Shown here: positions 52,724 to 64,000 of the stretch, in pieces
Position numbering within the stretch: position 1 is the first letter of the stretch
Layout of the letters: the number at the start of each line of letters is the position of its first letter
Assembly (NCBI RefSeq): GCF_052425735.1
Contig: NC_135767.1
Coordinates: 18,786,001 to 18,850,000, forward strand
Length of the DNA: 64,000 bases
Direction of reading: 5' to 3'
From: Oculina patagonica
Taxonomy: Eukaryota
Translations under genes and position numbers: made by a program
The notes under the pieces: generated by a model
The model's input: only the letters and a program-made list of their open reading frames with translations
What the model was told of the DNA's origin: nothing
Database searches by the model: none

Positions 52724-53869
52724 CGAACATTCAATTTTTTAAAAAATAAGGCAACAAAAAAGGATTTTTATTTGTGATAATACAGCCCCCCCCCCCCCCC
52801 ACCCCCAACCCCAGGAACAGGGAAGATTATCTCCCACCCCCTTAACCCTTTCACTCCCAAACGCGCATTAGGCGCTATTTGGAGGCGCGGTCATTGAACC
52901 ACTTGTGACGTCATCAATTTGCACGTCAGTGAATTTTTTTTTGATAAGCAGCTGATAGAGCTAGGATTGACCTTTCTACAGAGCTGTTCATTTTGAATAT
53001 CGGTTGCATTCTGACAGAGTTAATCAAAGAAAAACGCGATCCGTTTTAGGTGCAAAATCGTTGCTCAAACAGGCCAATACATCCGTAATTGATCATGGTC
53101 TCCTTTCCAGGGTTTTCCAACGAATACGTGAAATATTTTTCGTCGAAAAAAAAAGATATGAAGAGTAGAAAGTAACGAAAACAAGACAGGCGATAAAAAG
53201 GAAAAGGAGCAAGAAAAAAAAATTCGGAAAGATTCAGCCCAAACAAAGTCCAAATTTAGCACTAAGGTGCAGGATTGCGGTTTATCAAAATATCATGATA
53301 GAATATCATTAGTTTGATAACTGATATTTTGATATCTCAGTGATATTTTGGTGATAACTGCATGATAATATCAAAAAATATTTTTCCGTTTTAAATATCA
53401 AAAATATCATTATCATATCGTATTTACATGATAGTTGCTAGAATACTTTTTGTTATCAAATTTTAAAATTATCATTATCAAGGTATCACTATCAAGTTAG
53501 AATCATATCATGTATCACTATCATTTTCAAATCTCACTCAAGCAATAACAGACACAATGATATTATGATATATCGTGATAATATCAAAATTGTCCACAAA
53601 ACTACATAATCACATTGCTATTTACTCCTTTTAGACACCGCAAGATTAACTTTCGTAACACCCGATTTTGGCTTTTTTTAACTCACTCTTTGGCATTTTA
53701 ATGGCTGTCATTCACAAACCAGAAAATATTTAGTTTGTACTGCGTCATTTTTCTTGCAACTTTCAAATACGTATTTAGTAAGATGCGGGTAAGATTTACG
53801 TATTGGGATTGTCTGGGGTTAATGTAAGTTATCGTTTAAAATTAGGGTTAGAGTTCAGAGGCAATGTTA

Positions 53870-54066
53870 TTCAGGGTTAGCGTTTGAGTAAGGGTTAGGG
53901 TTAGGTTAGGGTTAAGGTTAGGTTAGGCTAGGTTAGGTTAGGTTAGGTTAGGGTTAAGGTTAGGTTAGGCTAGGTTAGGTTAGGTTAGGGTTAGGGTTAG
54001 GGTTAGGTTAGGTTAGGGTTAGGAATAGGGTTAGGTTAGGTTAGGGTTAGGGTTAGGGTTTAGGGT
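53870..54066 (+). repeat. Interstitial telomere-like tract of mixed TTAGGG/TTAGG units
   Basis: Read directly. Confidence 0.9.
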
Positions 54067-54074
54067 AAGTGCAG

Positions 54075-54820
54075 TATTCTGATAAAATCATGATTTATCA
54101 CTCTATCACTGGGAGTAGAAGAAATACTACTTAATTAAATATTCTGATAATATCATGATTTATCACTATATCACTGGGAGAAGAAGAAATTCTATTTAAT
54201 TAAATATTCTGATAATATCATGATAAATCACTCTATCACTGGGAGGAGAAGAAATACTACTTAATTAAATATTCTGATAATATCATGATTTATCATTCTA
54301 TCACTGTAAGGAGAAGAAATACTACTTCATTAAATATTCTGATAATATCATGATAAATCACTCTATCACTGGGAGGAGAAGTAAAGTTAGTTAATTAAAT
54401 ATTCTGATAATATCATGATTTATCACTCTATCACTGGGAAGAGAAGAAATACTACTTCATTAAATATTCTGATAATATCATGATAAATCACTCTATCACT
54501 GGGAGGAGATCTAGAAGAAATACTACTTAATTAAATATTCTGATAATATCATGATTTATCACTATATCACTGGGAGAAGAAGAAATACTACTTAATTAAA
54601 TATTCTGATAATATCATGATTTATCACTATATCACTGGGAGTAGAAGAAATACTACTTAATTAAATATTCTGATAATATCACGATTTATCACTATATCAC
54701 TGGGAGGAGAAATAAAGTTAGTTAATTAAATATTCTGATAATATCATGATAAATCACTGTATCACAGGGAAAAGAGAAATAGTTACTTATTTAAGTATTC
54801 TAATAATATCATGATAACAT
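54075..54820 (+). repeat. 65-bp tandem minisatellite, about 11.5 copies
   Basis: Unit TATTCTGATAATATCATGATTTATCACTATATCACTGGGAGAAGAAGAAATACTACTTAATTAAA starting at 54075, 54140, 54205, 54270... Confidence 0.9.
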
Positions 54821-55656
54821 ATCTTTATAATCAGAGAAACCCCCATTGCGGAATATCAACAAAATCAACCCCTTATATCACCAAAGATATATCATGATAA
54901 TAGCACTATCCTTTAGAAGAAACATATAGAAAAAAACGTGATATATCATAATTGACTATTAGTCCTGATATAATGATAATACGCAATACTGCACCTCTCT
55001 CAAATTTAGGCTATGTGCATGCACCAAAGTGAAATATCGTGCATTTTTACATGGAATCTTTGTAAAGATGTTTCTATAGTGTGAAAAAGTGCTTTTCTAG
55101 CAAAGTTTAGGGAAATTTAGCTTGAACTGTTTAAAAAACGCGTTTTTCGCGGAAATTCAGGAGTAAGAGGGTTAAACGACGGAGCGCGTTTAAATTGGCT
55201 TCTCCATCGAAGAGTCAATAAGACTTTCCAGTAGGATTGTAAATTTACTAAGAATGTTAATACGAAAATCTACGAAGCAAATAGGTGTTTATACGTAATC
55301 AGAAGCCTAAGAAAAGAATGATACAGCCAGAAGGATAAAGATAATCTGTTCAAAGCCATTGTCCTGCCAAAGATAACTTATGGACTACCAGTGTATGGTG
55401 CAAGTGCGTCGGACCTTAATGCAGTACAGTGTTTCCTTAAAAGGAGCCGCAAGCGACATTATATCTCTGAATTAATCAATATAAATGACCTACTTGTGAA
55501 AGCGGACAGCACACTATTTGAAAAAATCAGTACAGACGAAAACCACCCGCTGTATAATTTACTACCAAAGCGGCACTGTTCTACCCATCAATTGCGGTCA
55601 GCAAATATTGTATTACCCCTACTAAAAACTGAGCGTTTTAAGAATAGTTTTGGTAA

Positions 55657-57021
55657 GGGACTGGTCAATAAGTACCAGGGGGGGTGGGCCGGAGCAATTG
55701 GAAAAGTAGTGGCTTGAAAATTTGTGACCCACCCCTTCCTTCCGGTTTCAAAACTGGCTAACCCACCCCTGATAGGGGGTTGAAAATTACATGACCCACC
55801 CCCTTTTGCTCATAAAATTCATTATTCTGTAAGTGGTTGGAGGTTTTTGATTTGATATCAGCTTTTAAAGTGTGATTCCCTACAACATCACCCTAATTTT
55901 CCCTGATAAACACTGCAGTTCCGTATACGTCTTTTTCCATTTCTTAGCACACCAAAGAAGGAAAAAATGCTCATCGCTTATACAAGTCTTTTTTAAGTTT
56001 TCCATATATTTGTGTGTTAAGTCTACGAGAAAATTTAGACACAAACATATGCGAAAATTGAATCAGTACGTAATATTAATTCATAAACAATTATTCAAGA
56101 AATACAGAAATTGACAACAAAAACTGTCTACAACCACTGTCTATAACTTATATTTGCAAAGTGTTTAAGAAAAGAGTTTACTGGTGAAAGCCTAAAGTGC
56201 TGAGTGAATCAACGCAGCATGAAGACAGACAGGCAAAACTGACGTTATGATCATAAGCCATCTAGGGGGGGGTCAGGGGGCATGCTCCCTAGGCTTTTAT
56301 AGATTGTGCTCCTAAAAGTGGCATATTATGCTACTAGCAGTGCTCAAAATTTTGCCAAATTATGCAAAAATTATGCCAGAATTCCCAAATTATGCTTCTG
56401 ATTTCCGAAATTATGCTCACAAAATGACGTAGATTCTATACATAGAGGTGCGCAATAACGACACCAAATTATGATGTTTTTTAAATAAACTGTTGTTGTA
56501 AATTTATTTGTGTTTATGGCAGTTTATCACGGCCGTCAGCTGTCCAAATTAGCTGCTCGCATCTCTAAACCGTTTGTAAAATGCCTCCAACGACTTAACA
56601 ATCACAATTGTATAGCTAAAACACGCATTGCAAGAACAAACTACCTAAATTTCATTTATTTCTGTAGAAAGTACACCATATTTACTACATTTTATGAATT
56701 TATGCTCCAAAGAGTGCTAAAAATTGCTAATTATGCCGTGGCAGTGCTCGTTTCACAAATTATGCTTTTTAGCTCCAATTATGTCAAAAATTATGCTAGC
56801 ACAATCTATAAAAGCCTAATGCTCCCCCGGGAAATTTTTATATTTGAGCCTCCTGAAATCGCTAAAAAATCATTTAAAATTGGTCACTTCGAGAAATTTA
56901 TCTATTTATACTGATATAAATAAGATGACCCACCCCCTACATGTAGATCAAAACTACATAACCCACCCCCTTTCTGCTCCGGCCCACACCCCCCCCCCCC
57001 CTCTACTTATTGACCAGTCCC
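55657..57021. mobile_element. PIF/Harbinger-like MITE with TAA target duplication
   Basis: TAA|GGGACTGGTCAATAAGTA ... TACTTATTGACCAGTCCC|TAA. Confidence 0.8.
56290..56818. mobile_element. hAT-like MITE with 8-bp target duplication
   Basis: ATGCTCCC|TAGGCTTTTATAGATTGTGCT ... AGCACAATCTATAAAAGCCTA|ATGCTCCC; internal AATTATGC repeats. Confidence 0.8.
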
Positions 57022-57675
57022 TAATAGGTTAGCTTTTAGATATAATTTAGCAGTTAATTCTTAGTTTTTCCATAGTTTTTAATATAATTGTCATAATGTT
57101 GTAACTAATTTTTAATTTTTATTCTCATTCCTGTATTTAGCTCGTTTTTAATATTTTACCATTGTAACATTTGATATGTATTTTATCAATTGAAATAAAG
57201 ACACTTTATTTATAAGAACATAAAAACCGGCATCCCTTTAGACATACATACATAAATAAATGATTTATTTAAGATGCAGAAAAAAGGACAATTAAAATAC
57301 ATCTTAACAAGCTTTAAAAGTAAGTTGTCGATGGTCTTCCCTTTCATTCATTCAATATGATTGACATATAATTGCAATTAACCTAATTTTTCATATGCCA
57401 TATTGTGTTAATCTAAAGTCAAGACACATAAGCATCCTGCTAAAAAGCTTTTTTCGAATTAAAAAGCAAACATTACCTCAAAATTACAATAAAAATATAC
57501 GCACTACCCATAATAAACGTCGATATTTATTTTCGTAATGGCAAAAACAAATTAATAAGAAAAACAGCATGACAAAAACGATTGCAGTAATAATGTTTTG
57601 TGCGCTAATAATTCTCATTTGACATTTTTCATCCGTGACACTTGGCGTTTCTCACGGATTTCTTAAATTAAAGCG

Positions 57676-59435
57676 ATGGCTGTCAACACGTATATCTTTC
57701 ACCCTTTTTTCCTGAAGAAAATCGTAAGTAATTCAGTCCTTCAAAACCCAGTTCTCTTCCCGTTACCTACTAAACTGTTATAGCTACGCATATTTTTACT
57801 TAATCCCCAAGTGCTTATCAAATAACCGTTTTTTCTTCTTTTTTTCGCAGATGGTACCGGGAACACTTGTATTTATATTTTCCTTGGCGGTAAAGATAAA
57901 AGCAGAAGAGAATGGCGTTTTCTTTAAAATCGAAGCAAACTCTTTTCTTTTTCATGAAAACAGCATTTGGAATGGAAAGGCAGACTCGTTACTGTCCTGT
58001 TCACAAATTTGTGCGAGGCAAGATGCTTGTAAAAGTGCAAATTTTATAGCAAGTGAAGAAACCTGTTTGCTTCTCAGTGAAGGACAAACAAAGCGGGAAG
58101 AAAAGCTTTTAGAACGAGACGGTTCTCTTTATTTGGAAAAGGTTTGTTATCAACATTTTTCATGACTCCAGAACTGTTTTTTTTTTACAAATTCTCATTT
58201 AAAATTTCTTGTTTTCAGTTCTTCTCGTGCCGTTGTTTCGTCTGGTTTGAGGAAATAGACTTGCAATAAATGTAAATAATGTAAAGATACTAAAAGACAC
58301 TAAAACCTTGTTACTGCAAGAAAACAATATTTTTCGTTACGAAAAAGTGTAAGGGAAGAAAAAAGTTATTGCTTCATCGAGTTCACAATTAATTGATGCG
58401 GTTCCGAGCTTTTAAAGTAAAAAAAAAATACCGTTCTAAAAGAATTGTTTTGCCGAATTATTGTTTTAAGGATTACTGTATCTTCGTCTGTTACAATGAT
58501 GAAACAAAATAATAAAAGATTTATTCACTTTACAGGTTGGATCTCCTGAAATATCCAGTTCACCTGGTGAGTAACAAATCGTCATATTCTAGACATGTTA
58601 GCTCGGTCTTATTTTGACGTTTCAAACCAAGTCTCTCTGAAGTAGGTATCATGGCAGAGGGAGCATTTTTTCTACACTGCTCTCAGTCCGCTGGAGCCTG
58701 CATCAAATGATCAGTAAGGTCATAAATGTGTAATGCCATGACTAACGGAACATACTTTGTGTAGGTACCACTCAATCGTCCGCAGTCTCATCCTGTCAGG
58801 CCCTCTGCAGCCAATCTCCTCTTCCTTCCTCGGGTGTTTATTGGATTGATCCTGATGGTGGGTCCCAGTCCAACGCATTCAAAGCTTACTGTGACATGGA
58901 GACAGATGGAGGAGGCTGGACTCTAGTGTGGAGCTATACATTCACTGATTATAGCAACTTTCAAGGTATGAGCTCAAACGCAATCACGCCAAGACCAAAT
59001 TGGCAAGTAAATTCCGTTGTGAATGTTCCCATCTCGACGACTCCTCCATTGAACGAAACAGACTACAACGCCATAAACTTCTCGCAGTGGAAACAACTTG
59101 GCAGAGAGATCCTGATCAAAAGCAACATCAACAACTGGTTGACCTGCCATCCAGGAACTGGAAGTCTGGTTGATTGGCAGCAAGGGAGCGTCAGCTGTCA
59201 GATCATCAAACACGTGACAGACACATGCAATGCTACGTTAGCGCCTTCCATGTTTTCTCCTAGCCAAGGCTTTGGACCGATGTTCTACTCAAGTACTTAC
59301 TGGGGAAGCACTTACTATTATTTCGAAGGCTACACAGGGGATCACTGGCCTACCCATGATCCTTGTGGAACAAACCGAGGAAATCAAGTAAAAAATGTGG
59401 TCAACCCACATGGGAATATTTTCATTCGAGCCTAA
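57676..59435 (+). CDS. Gene 9: divergent-subfamily PAN/Apple + fibrinogen-related-like protein; exons 57676-57723, 57851-58141, 58536-58566, 58765-59435
   Basis: Exon 1 MAVNTYIFHPFFLKKI|gtaagt (phase 0); PAN CSQIC-x5-CKSANF-x6-CLL; 31-nt linker exon VGSPEISSSPG; ends PHGNIFIRA*. Confidence 0.85.
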
Positions 59436-61793
59436 GAGCGATGTAAGCTTTCATTTACGTTCATGCAATATTGCAATAGAAGAAAATTCGAAGTCAAGTT
59501 GACAAAAGCACAATTTCTCACATGTATATTTAAAATGTACAGGCAAACAATCCGTATAATTATATATTTTAGACTGGAACTTTGGCGCTTGCAGGACTTA
59601 AAGCCAAACGTTCCCGACATCTGACGTTCGCAGGCAATTCTTTGTAGAAGTAACGCCAAAAAAGTTATATTTAATAAAGGATGATGTAAAAAAAAAGAAA
59701 GGTCTACGTTATTTTTTCTCCTCCACGTCTTCGTTATGTTGGAAGTTTGATTAAACTTAATGTAGAACGTGTTTCACAATCTGCAGCGGTTTAGTTAAAA
59801 AATTATAAACCGGTCTTTGTAATTGATGACAGGTATCAATATTCGTTTGGTTGATAATTTTTTTCCGCCGTTCAACCGCGAACACCTCCAAACTAAACCA
59901 AAATTCATTTCCGGTTGCCAAACTGTTTTGCATAACCGTCCTTGTGAGGAAAGGCTCAAGTATGTCGCCTTTTTCATACCTAACTGAGAGATTGAAAGTA
60001 TTTATTGATCTTACGAGCTCAACACGAAATTGAGGAACAATAGCCATTGTTTGTTTGGTTTAGTGATTGGCCAAAAACCAAAATCTCCTAGCAACGGTAA
60101 AAGGTTTTTCCTACCCATCTTATTTCGCCGTAACACCAAATTCAAATTAGTTTAGCATCCATGACTTCTCGGTTCAACAAAAGCTTGGTTACCCATTTGT
60201 TGTAAACTAATTCGAACAACGAAAGTAAAATGATGACTTTAGTGGTTAGTTATTGGCTTTATATTTAGACGAACTCCACTTATCCTATAGCTCATGCATG
60301 TACGAATGACACCATTTCAAACTTGTGTTTTAAAATATTGCAGGCATTCAATTCGAAAAATTCCTAGATTGAAACTTTGTCATTGGAAGAACTAAAAAGC
60401 AAAAACAGCGATTATTTTGATTTTACCCGCCTATTTTTATGCTTCCCTAGTGACTCTGCGTTGTGACTTTTGAATAAACCTATTTAAAAAACGAGCCCAA
60501 ATAAGCCGACCCAGTGGGAAATTAGCCAACCCAGTGGCTTTTTCCAGATTCCACTGGGTCTGTTACAGAGAGGTGTAGTAAATAACTTACACCATTGTTT
60601 AAATTTAAAAACTAAAAGCTTGAACTTACCTCATATATGTGGAAACATAATTTACAATCTCCAGCTTCCTTTAATTAATAGTGTAAAAATTATATACTGG
60701 TTTTTGTAGTCGCTTGATTGATAAGCAAAGCAGTTTGAAGACGCAGTTGACCGGAATATGATTAAATAATCACATTTTTAAATTAGTGGCTTTAATTTCA
60801 ATTAAAGAAAAAAAAAAACACTGCAGCCAGCCGAAATATTATAATTTCTTCTGGACGTTTCTAATGATTACCGGAACTAATGGCCCTCCGGAAAGAAAGT
60901 AAATTTATCAACGGTCCAAGCGAAGTAAACAAAAGTGACTAGGTCGTTAAAAAAGCTTAATTTTAAAAAAGCATTTTTACTTTGGCCGGTAATATCCGCG
61001 AGTGAAAGATACTTTGAGCATACGGTCAGTATTGTGTTAATAAAGAGAAACATTGAAAACGAACTTGCGAGCTAATGAACAAACGTTATTTACAAAATAC
61101 AAAAACTAACTCGAAAAATTCATTTCATAGGCACTTAAAAAACGTAGCACGGAAATTGAAAATTTTCACGAGTAGTCATTATTAAATAATAGTTATTAAT
61201 ATTATAAATCATAAAGATAATTTTATTTCCCGCGCCTCTCCGTGTCAATTTCAAGGCAAAAGGATACTCTAGAAACGTTGATTTGCATTTTTTAGAACGA
61301 TTGATTACGTACAACCTTTTTGAACCGATAAATGTTTATCTGAAAAGCGGGTTTTAAGTAAGCACTTTTTATATATATTAACAAAATGCCAACAAAGCCT
61401 CAAGATATTATGTCTTTTGAGGATAAAATTCGATTGCAATATAAATACAAAATTGTCATTAAAACTGCGATATTTACTTAAGGAATGACAAAATATGTAT
61501 ATATAGACCAAAAACAGGACGTCAATATTGATTGATGTAATAACATCATTTTATGCGCACTTTAGTGAATTCGTATTTGTCATTTCCCATCAGTTAGTTC
61601 TTAAATTAGCGCATACATGTCGCCAGGGGTATCCTTCGACCCTTCTTCCTCAAGAAAATCGTAAGTAATTCGATTCTTCAGTTCTTCAAAACTAAACGCA
61701 CTTTCAGTAATATATCAAGCCTACAAATTATATATATTATATATTATATTATTTCTCAGTCCAAGATCACATTTATTTTTTCCCTTACTGCAG

Positions 61794-63605
61794 ATGTTGC
61801 TGGCTACAGTTGTATTTATGTTGTCCTTGGCGGCAAAGATAAAAACAGACGAACATGGTGTTTTCTTCAAAATTGAAGAAAACTCTTTTCTTTTTCATGA
61901 AAACGCTTTTTGGAATGGAAAGGCAGACTCCTTAATGTCTTGTTCACAGATGTGTGCGAGGCAAGATGCTTGTAAAAGTGCAAATTTTATAGCAAGCCAA
62001 GGGACCTGCTCACTTCTCACTGATATTCAAACAAAGCAGTCAAAAAGGCTTTTAAAACAAGACGGTTCTTTTTATTTGGAAAAGGTTTGTTATCACTTAA
62101 TTTCTTGTCAGATCTCTATATGTAGGCCACTACATTTGACTTAATGCCTGATATTTGACAACTGTCTGGCATTAATTAAAACGAACTTAAAAGTGTCCTC
62201 GCTATTTCCATGCTTCTTAAAAAAATGTATTGACTCTCATGTAGCTTTCCCCAATTCAGGAATATGATTAATTAAATTAACTGTATAAAAACGTTTTCGT
62301 GTTTTGGTATTGACCTGTCGTAGCATAAAGCTTATATTAAAGCGCTAAACGTAAACACTTCTGCAAGAGTAATTTTTTTTTCATCCTAGAAACCAAGGAA
62401 AAGAAATATCAGTGCTCAAAGTTCTCTTTTTCACTGGTTTAAAATTTTTAAATTTTTAAAACACTCTTTTATCACTTTAATTATCGACTTGTCAGTTTTT
62501 TGGTGTTTGTTTCCTTGTATGTCTTCTTTTTTTTTTTGAGGGGGGGGGGATGTCACTTCTCTCTAATATTTATTTCAAGTTTTCCTGAATTAGTATCATT
62601 CATTTTAAAGGTTGTCTCTCCTGGAATTCCAAATTCACCGGGTAAGTAATGTTACTTTTTAGTTAAGAAGTTTAGGGGTCGATAGTACTTAATTTTGGTA
62701 TAATAACGCTTTGGATATTATTAAGCGATAATAACTAATGATAAAAGCACACAAACCAACACCCAATCAATAATTTGTCTCTGTTGGAAAATTAAAATTG
62801 GTGAGTGGGGTGGTAAATATGGCTGATCTAGTTTATAATTTTAACGATAAAAGGTGTACATTTAGTAACAGTGGTAAAATTGTAAAATATTTCAATATTT
62901 TGGGTCATGTTCATGAAAACCAATGATTAAAAATGTCTTATTCACGTAGGCAACACTCGATTTTCAGCGGTGCCCTCGTGCCAGGCCCTACACAGTCAAT
63001 CTTCTTTTCCTTCCTCGGGTGTTTATTGGATTGATCCTGATGGTGGGACCCAGACAAACGCCTTCAGGGCTTACTGTGATATGGACACTGATGGAGGAGG
63101 TTGGACCCTAGTATATAGCTATACATTCACAAATTATGTTCATTTTCAAGATAACTCGAACGCGATCACACCAAGACCAAATTGGCCAGCAGTCTCTAAA
63201 GTAGATGTTCCCGTCTCGACAACTCCTCCCCTGAACGAAACAGACTACAACGCCATAAACTTCTCGCAGTGGAAACAACTTGGCAGAGAGATCCTGATCA
63301 AAAGCAATATAAACAACTGGCTGATATGCCATCCGGGAACTGGAAGTTTGGTTGATTGGCAGGACGGAAACATCAGCTGTCGTGTTACTAAACACGTGAC
63401 GGATACGTGTAACGGAACTGCGCCGCCTTGGGACTTTAAATCGAGTAATGCCTATGGGCCGAGATTCAGGACTTCTGCTAATTACTATTATTTTGATGGA
63501 TACACAAGGAAAAACTGGCCAACTCATGATCCTTGTGGAAAAAATGCGGGAAATCATGTGAAAAATGTGATTGATCCACATGGGAACATTTTTATCCGAG
63601 CATAA
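61794..63605 (+). CDS. Gene 10: divergent-subfamily PAN/Apple + fibrinogen-related-like protein; exons 61794-62084, 62611-62641, 62950-63605 (upstream exon ends 61660)
   Basis: CAG|ATG, AAG|GT, 31-nt linker exon VVSPGIPNSPG, cacgtag| acceptor; paralog of gene 9. Confidence 0.85.
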
Positions 63606-64000
63606 GAAACTATAGTATCGTCGAATACAACGCAATAAAGTTCCCAGAGAAAGTGTAGCTTAATATTGATCTTTTGAAACCTAGCATGTTTATAAGAAAC
63701 ACGTTTCCCTCCAACATGCATTGTTCACATAAGGTTGTTCAATTCCAAACAACTGCCATCGATCAGGTCACTCAATGCACCGCCTGATGTATATTAAACT
63801 CTTTACGCCGTGAAACATGATGTCTCATTCGTGATAAAAAATGATCAAAACTAGTTTACTGGTTTACATATTTGCAAACCAGAACGTATGTTTGCTGTTT
63901 TATCCAATACTGATAGCATCAAATATTTTAAATCTGCTTAATGATAAATATCAATTTGCATTAATAGTAATGTTAGCTCTGAAGAGTTGGCGGTTTATCA

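Larger units (their letters stand above)
52846..55171. mobile_element. piggyBac-like non-autonomous element carrying a nested insertion (~53260-55000)
   Basis: TTAA|CCCTTTCACTCCCAA ... TTCAGGAGTAAGAGGG|TTAA. Confidence 0.65.
55200..57200 (+). mobile_element. 5'-truncated LINE (ORF2 C-terminus and 3' UTR) split by nested DNA elements
   Basis: LFKAIVLPKITYGLPVYGAS...HPLYNLLP...KTERFKNSFG resumes as NRLAFRYNLAV at ~57023 once the insert is removed. Confidence 0.8.

Noticed and set aside
53870-54066. True chromosome end
   Set aside because: Short, mixed-unit and internal, with ordinary sequence on both sides.
54075-54820. CRISPR array
   Set aside because: Head-to-tail 65-bp units without unique spacers, no cas genes, eukaryotic context.
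55391-55717. Host gene of 108 aa
   Set aside because: LINE ORF2 fragment running into a MITE.

Overview
AT-rich eukaryotic genomic DNA with GT-AG introns; the repeat content suggests a marine invertebrate, probably a stony coral or other cnidarian (inference). The window holds a tandem array of ten paralogous genes for small, probably secreted proteins. Each has a signal-peptide plus PAN/Apple exon (288-294 nt), a 16- or 31-nt linker microexon and one large C-terminal exon. In nine copies the last exon encodes a ~215-aa domain that begins like a fibrinogen-related/intelectin domain (C..SGVY.IDPDG..F..YC.M.TDGGGWTLV) but ends in a non-canonical module (THDPCG...PHGNIFIR) with hypervariable loops. 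In the first copy that exon appears to be replaced by a fibronectin type II exon. The ORF track misses the microexons and the 18-nt start exons (MT.Q.E). Paralogs look like mosaics of one another. Introns and spacers are dense in MITE/foldback elements, nested insertions, LINE and Penelope-like fragments, minimal hammerhead ribozyme motifs, a perfect tRNA-SINE palindrome and a telomere-like tract with a 65-bp satellite. All gene models were read by eye and lack transcript support.
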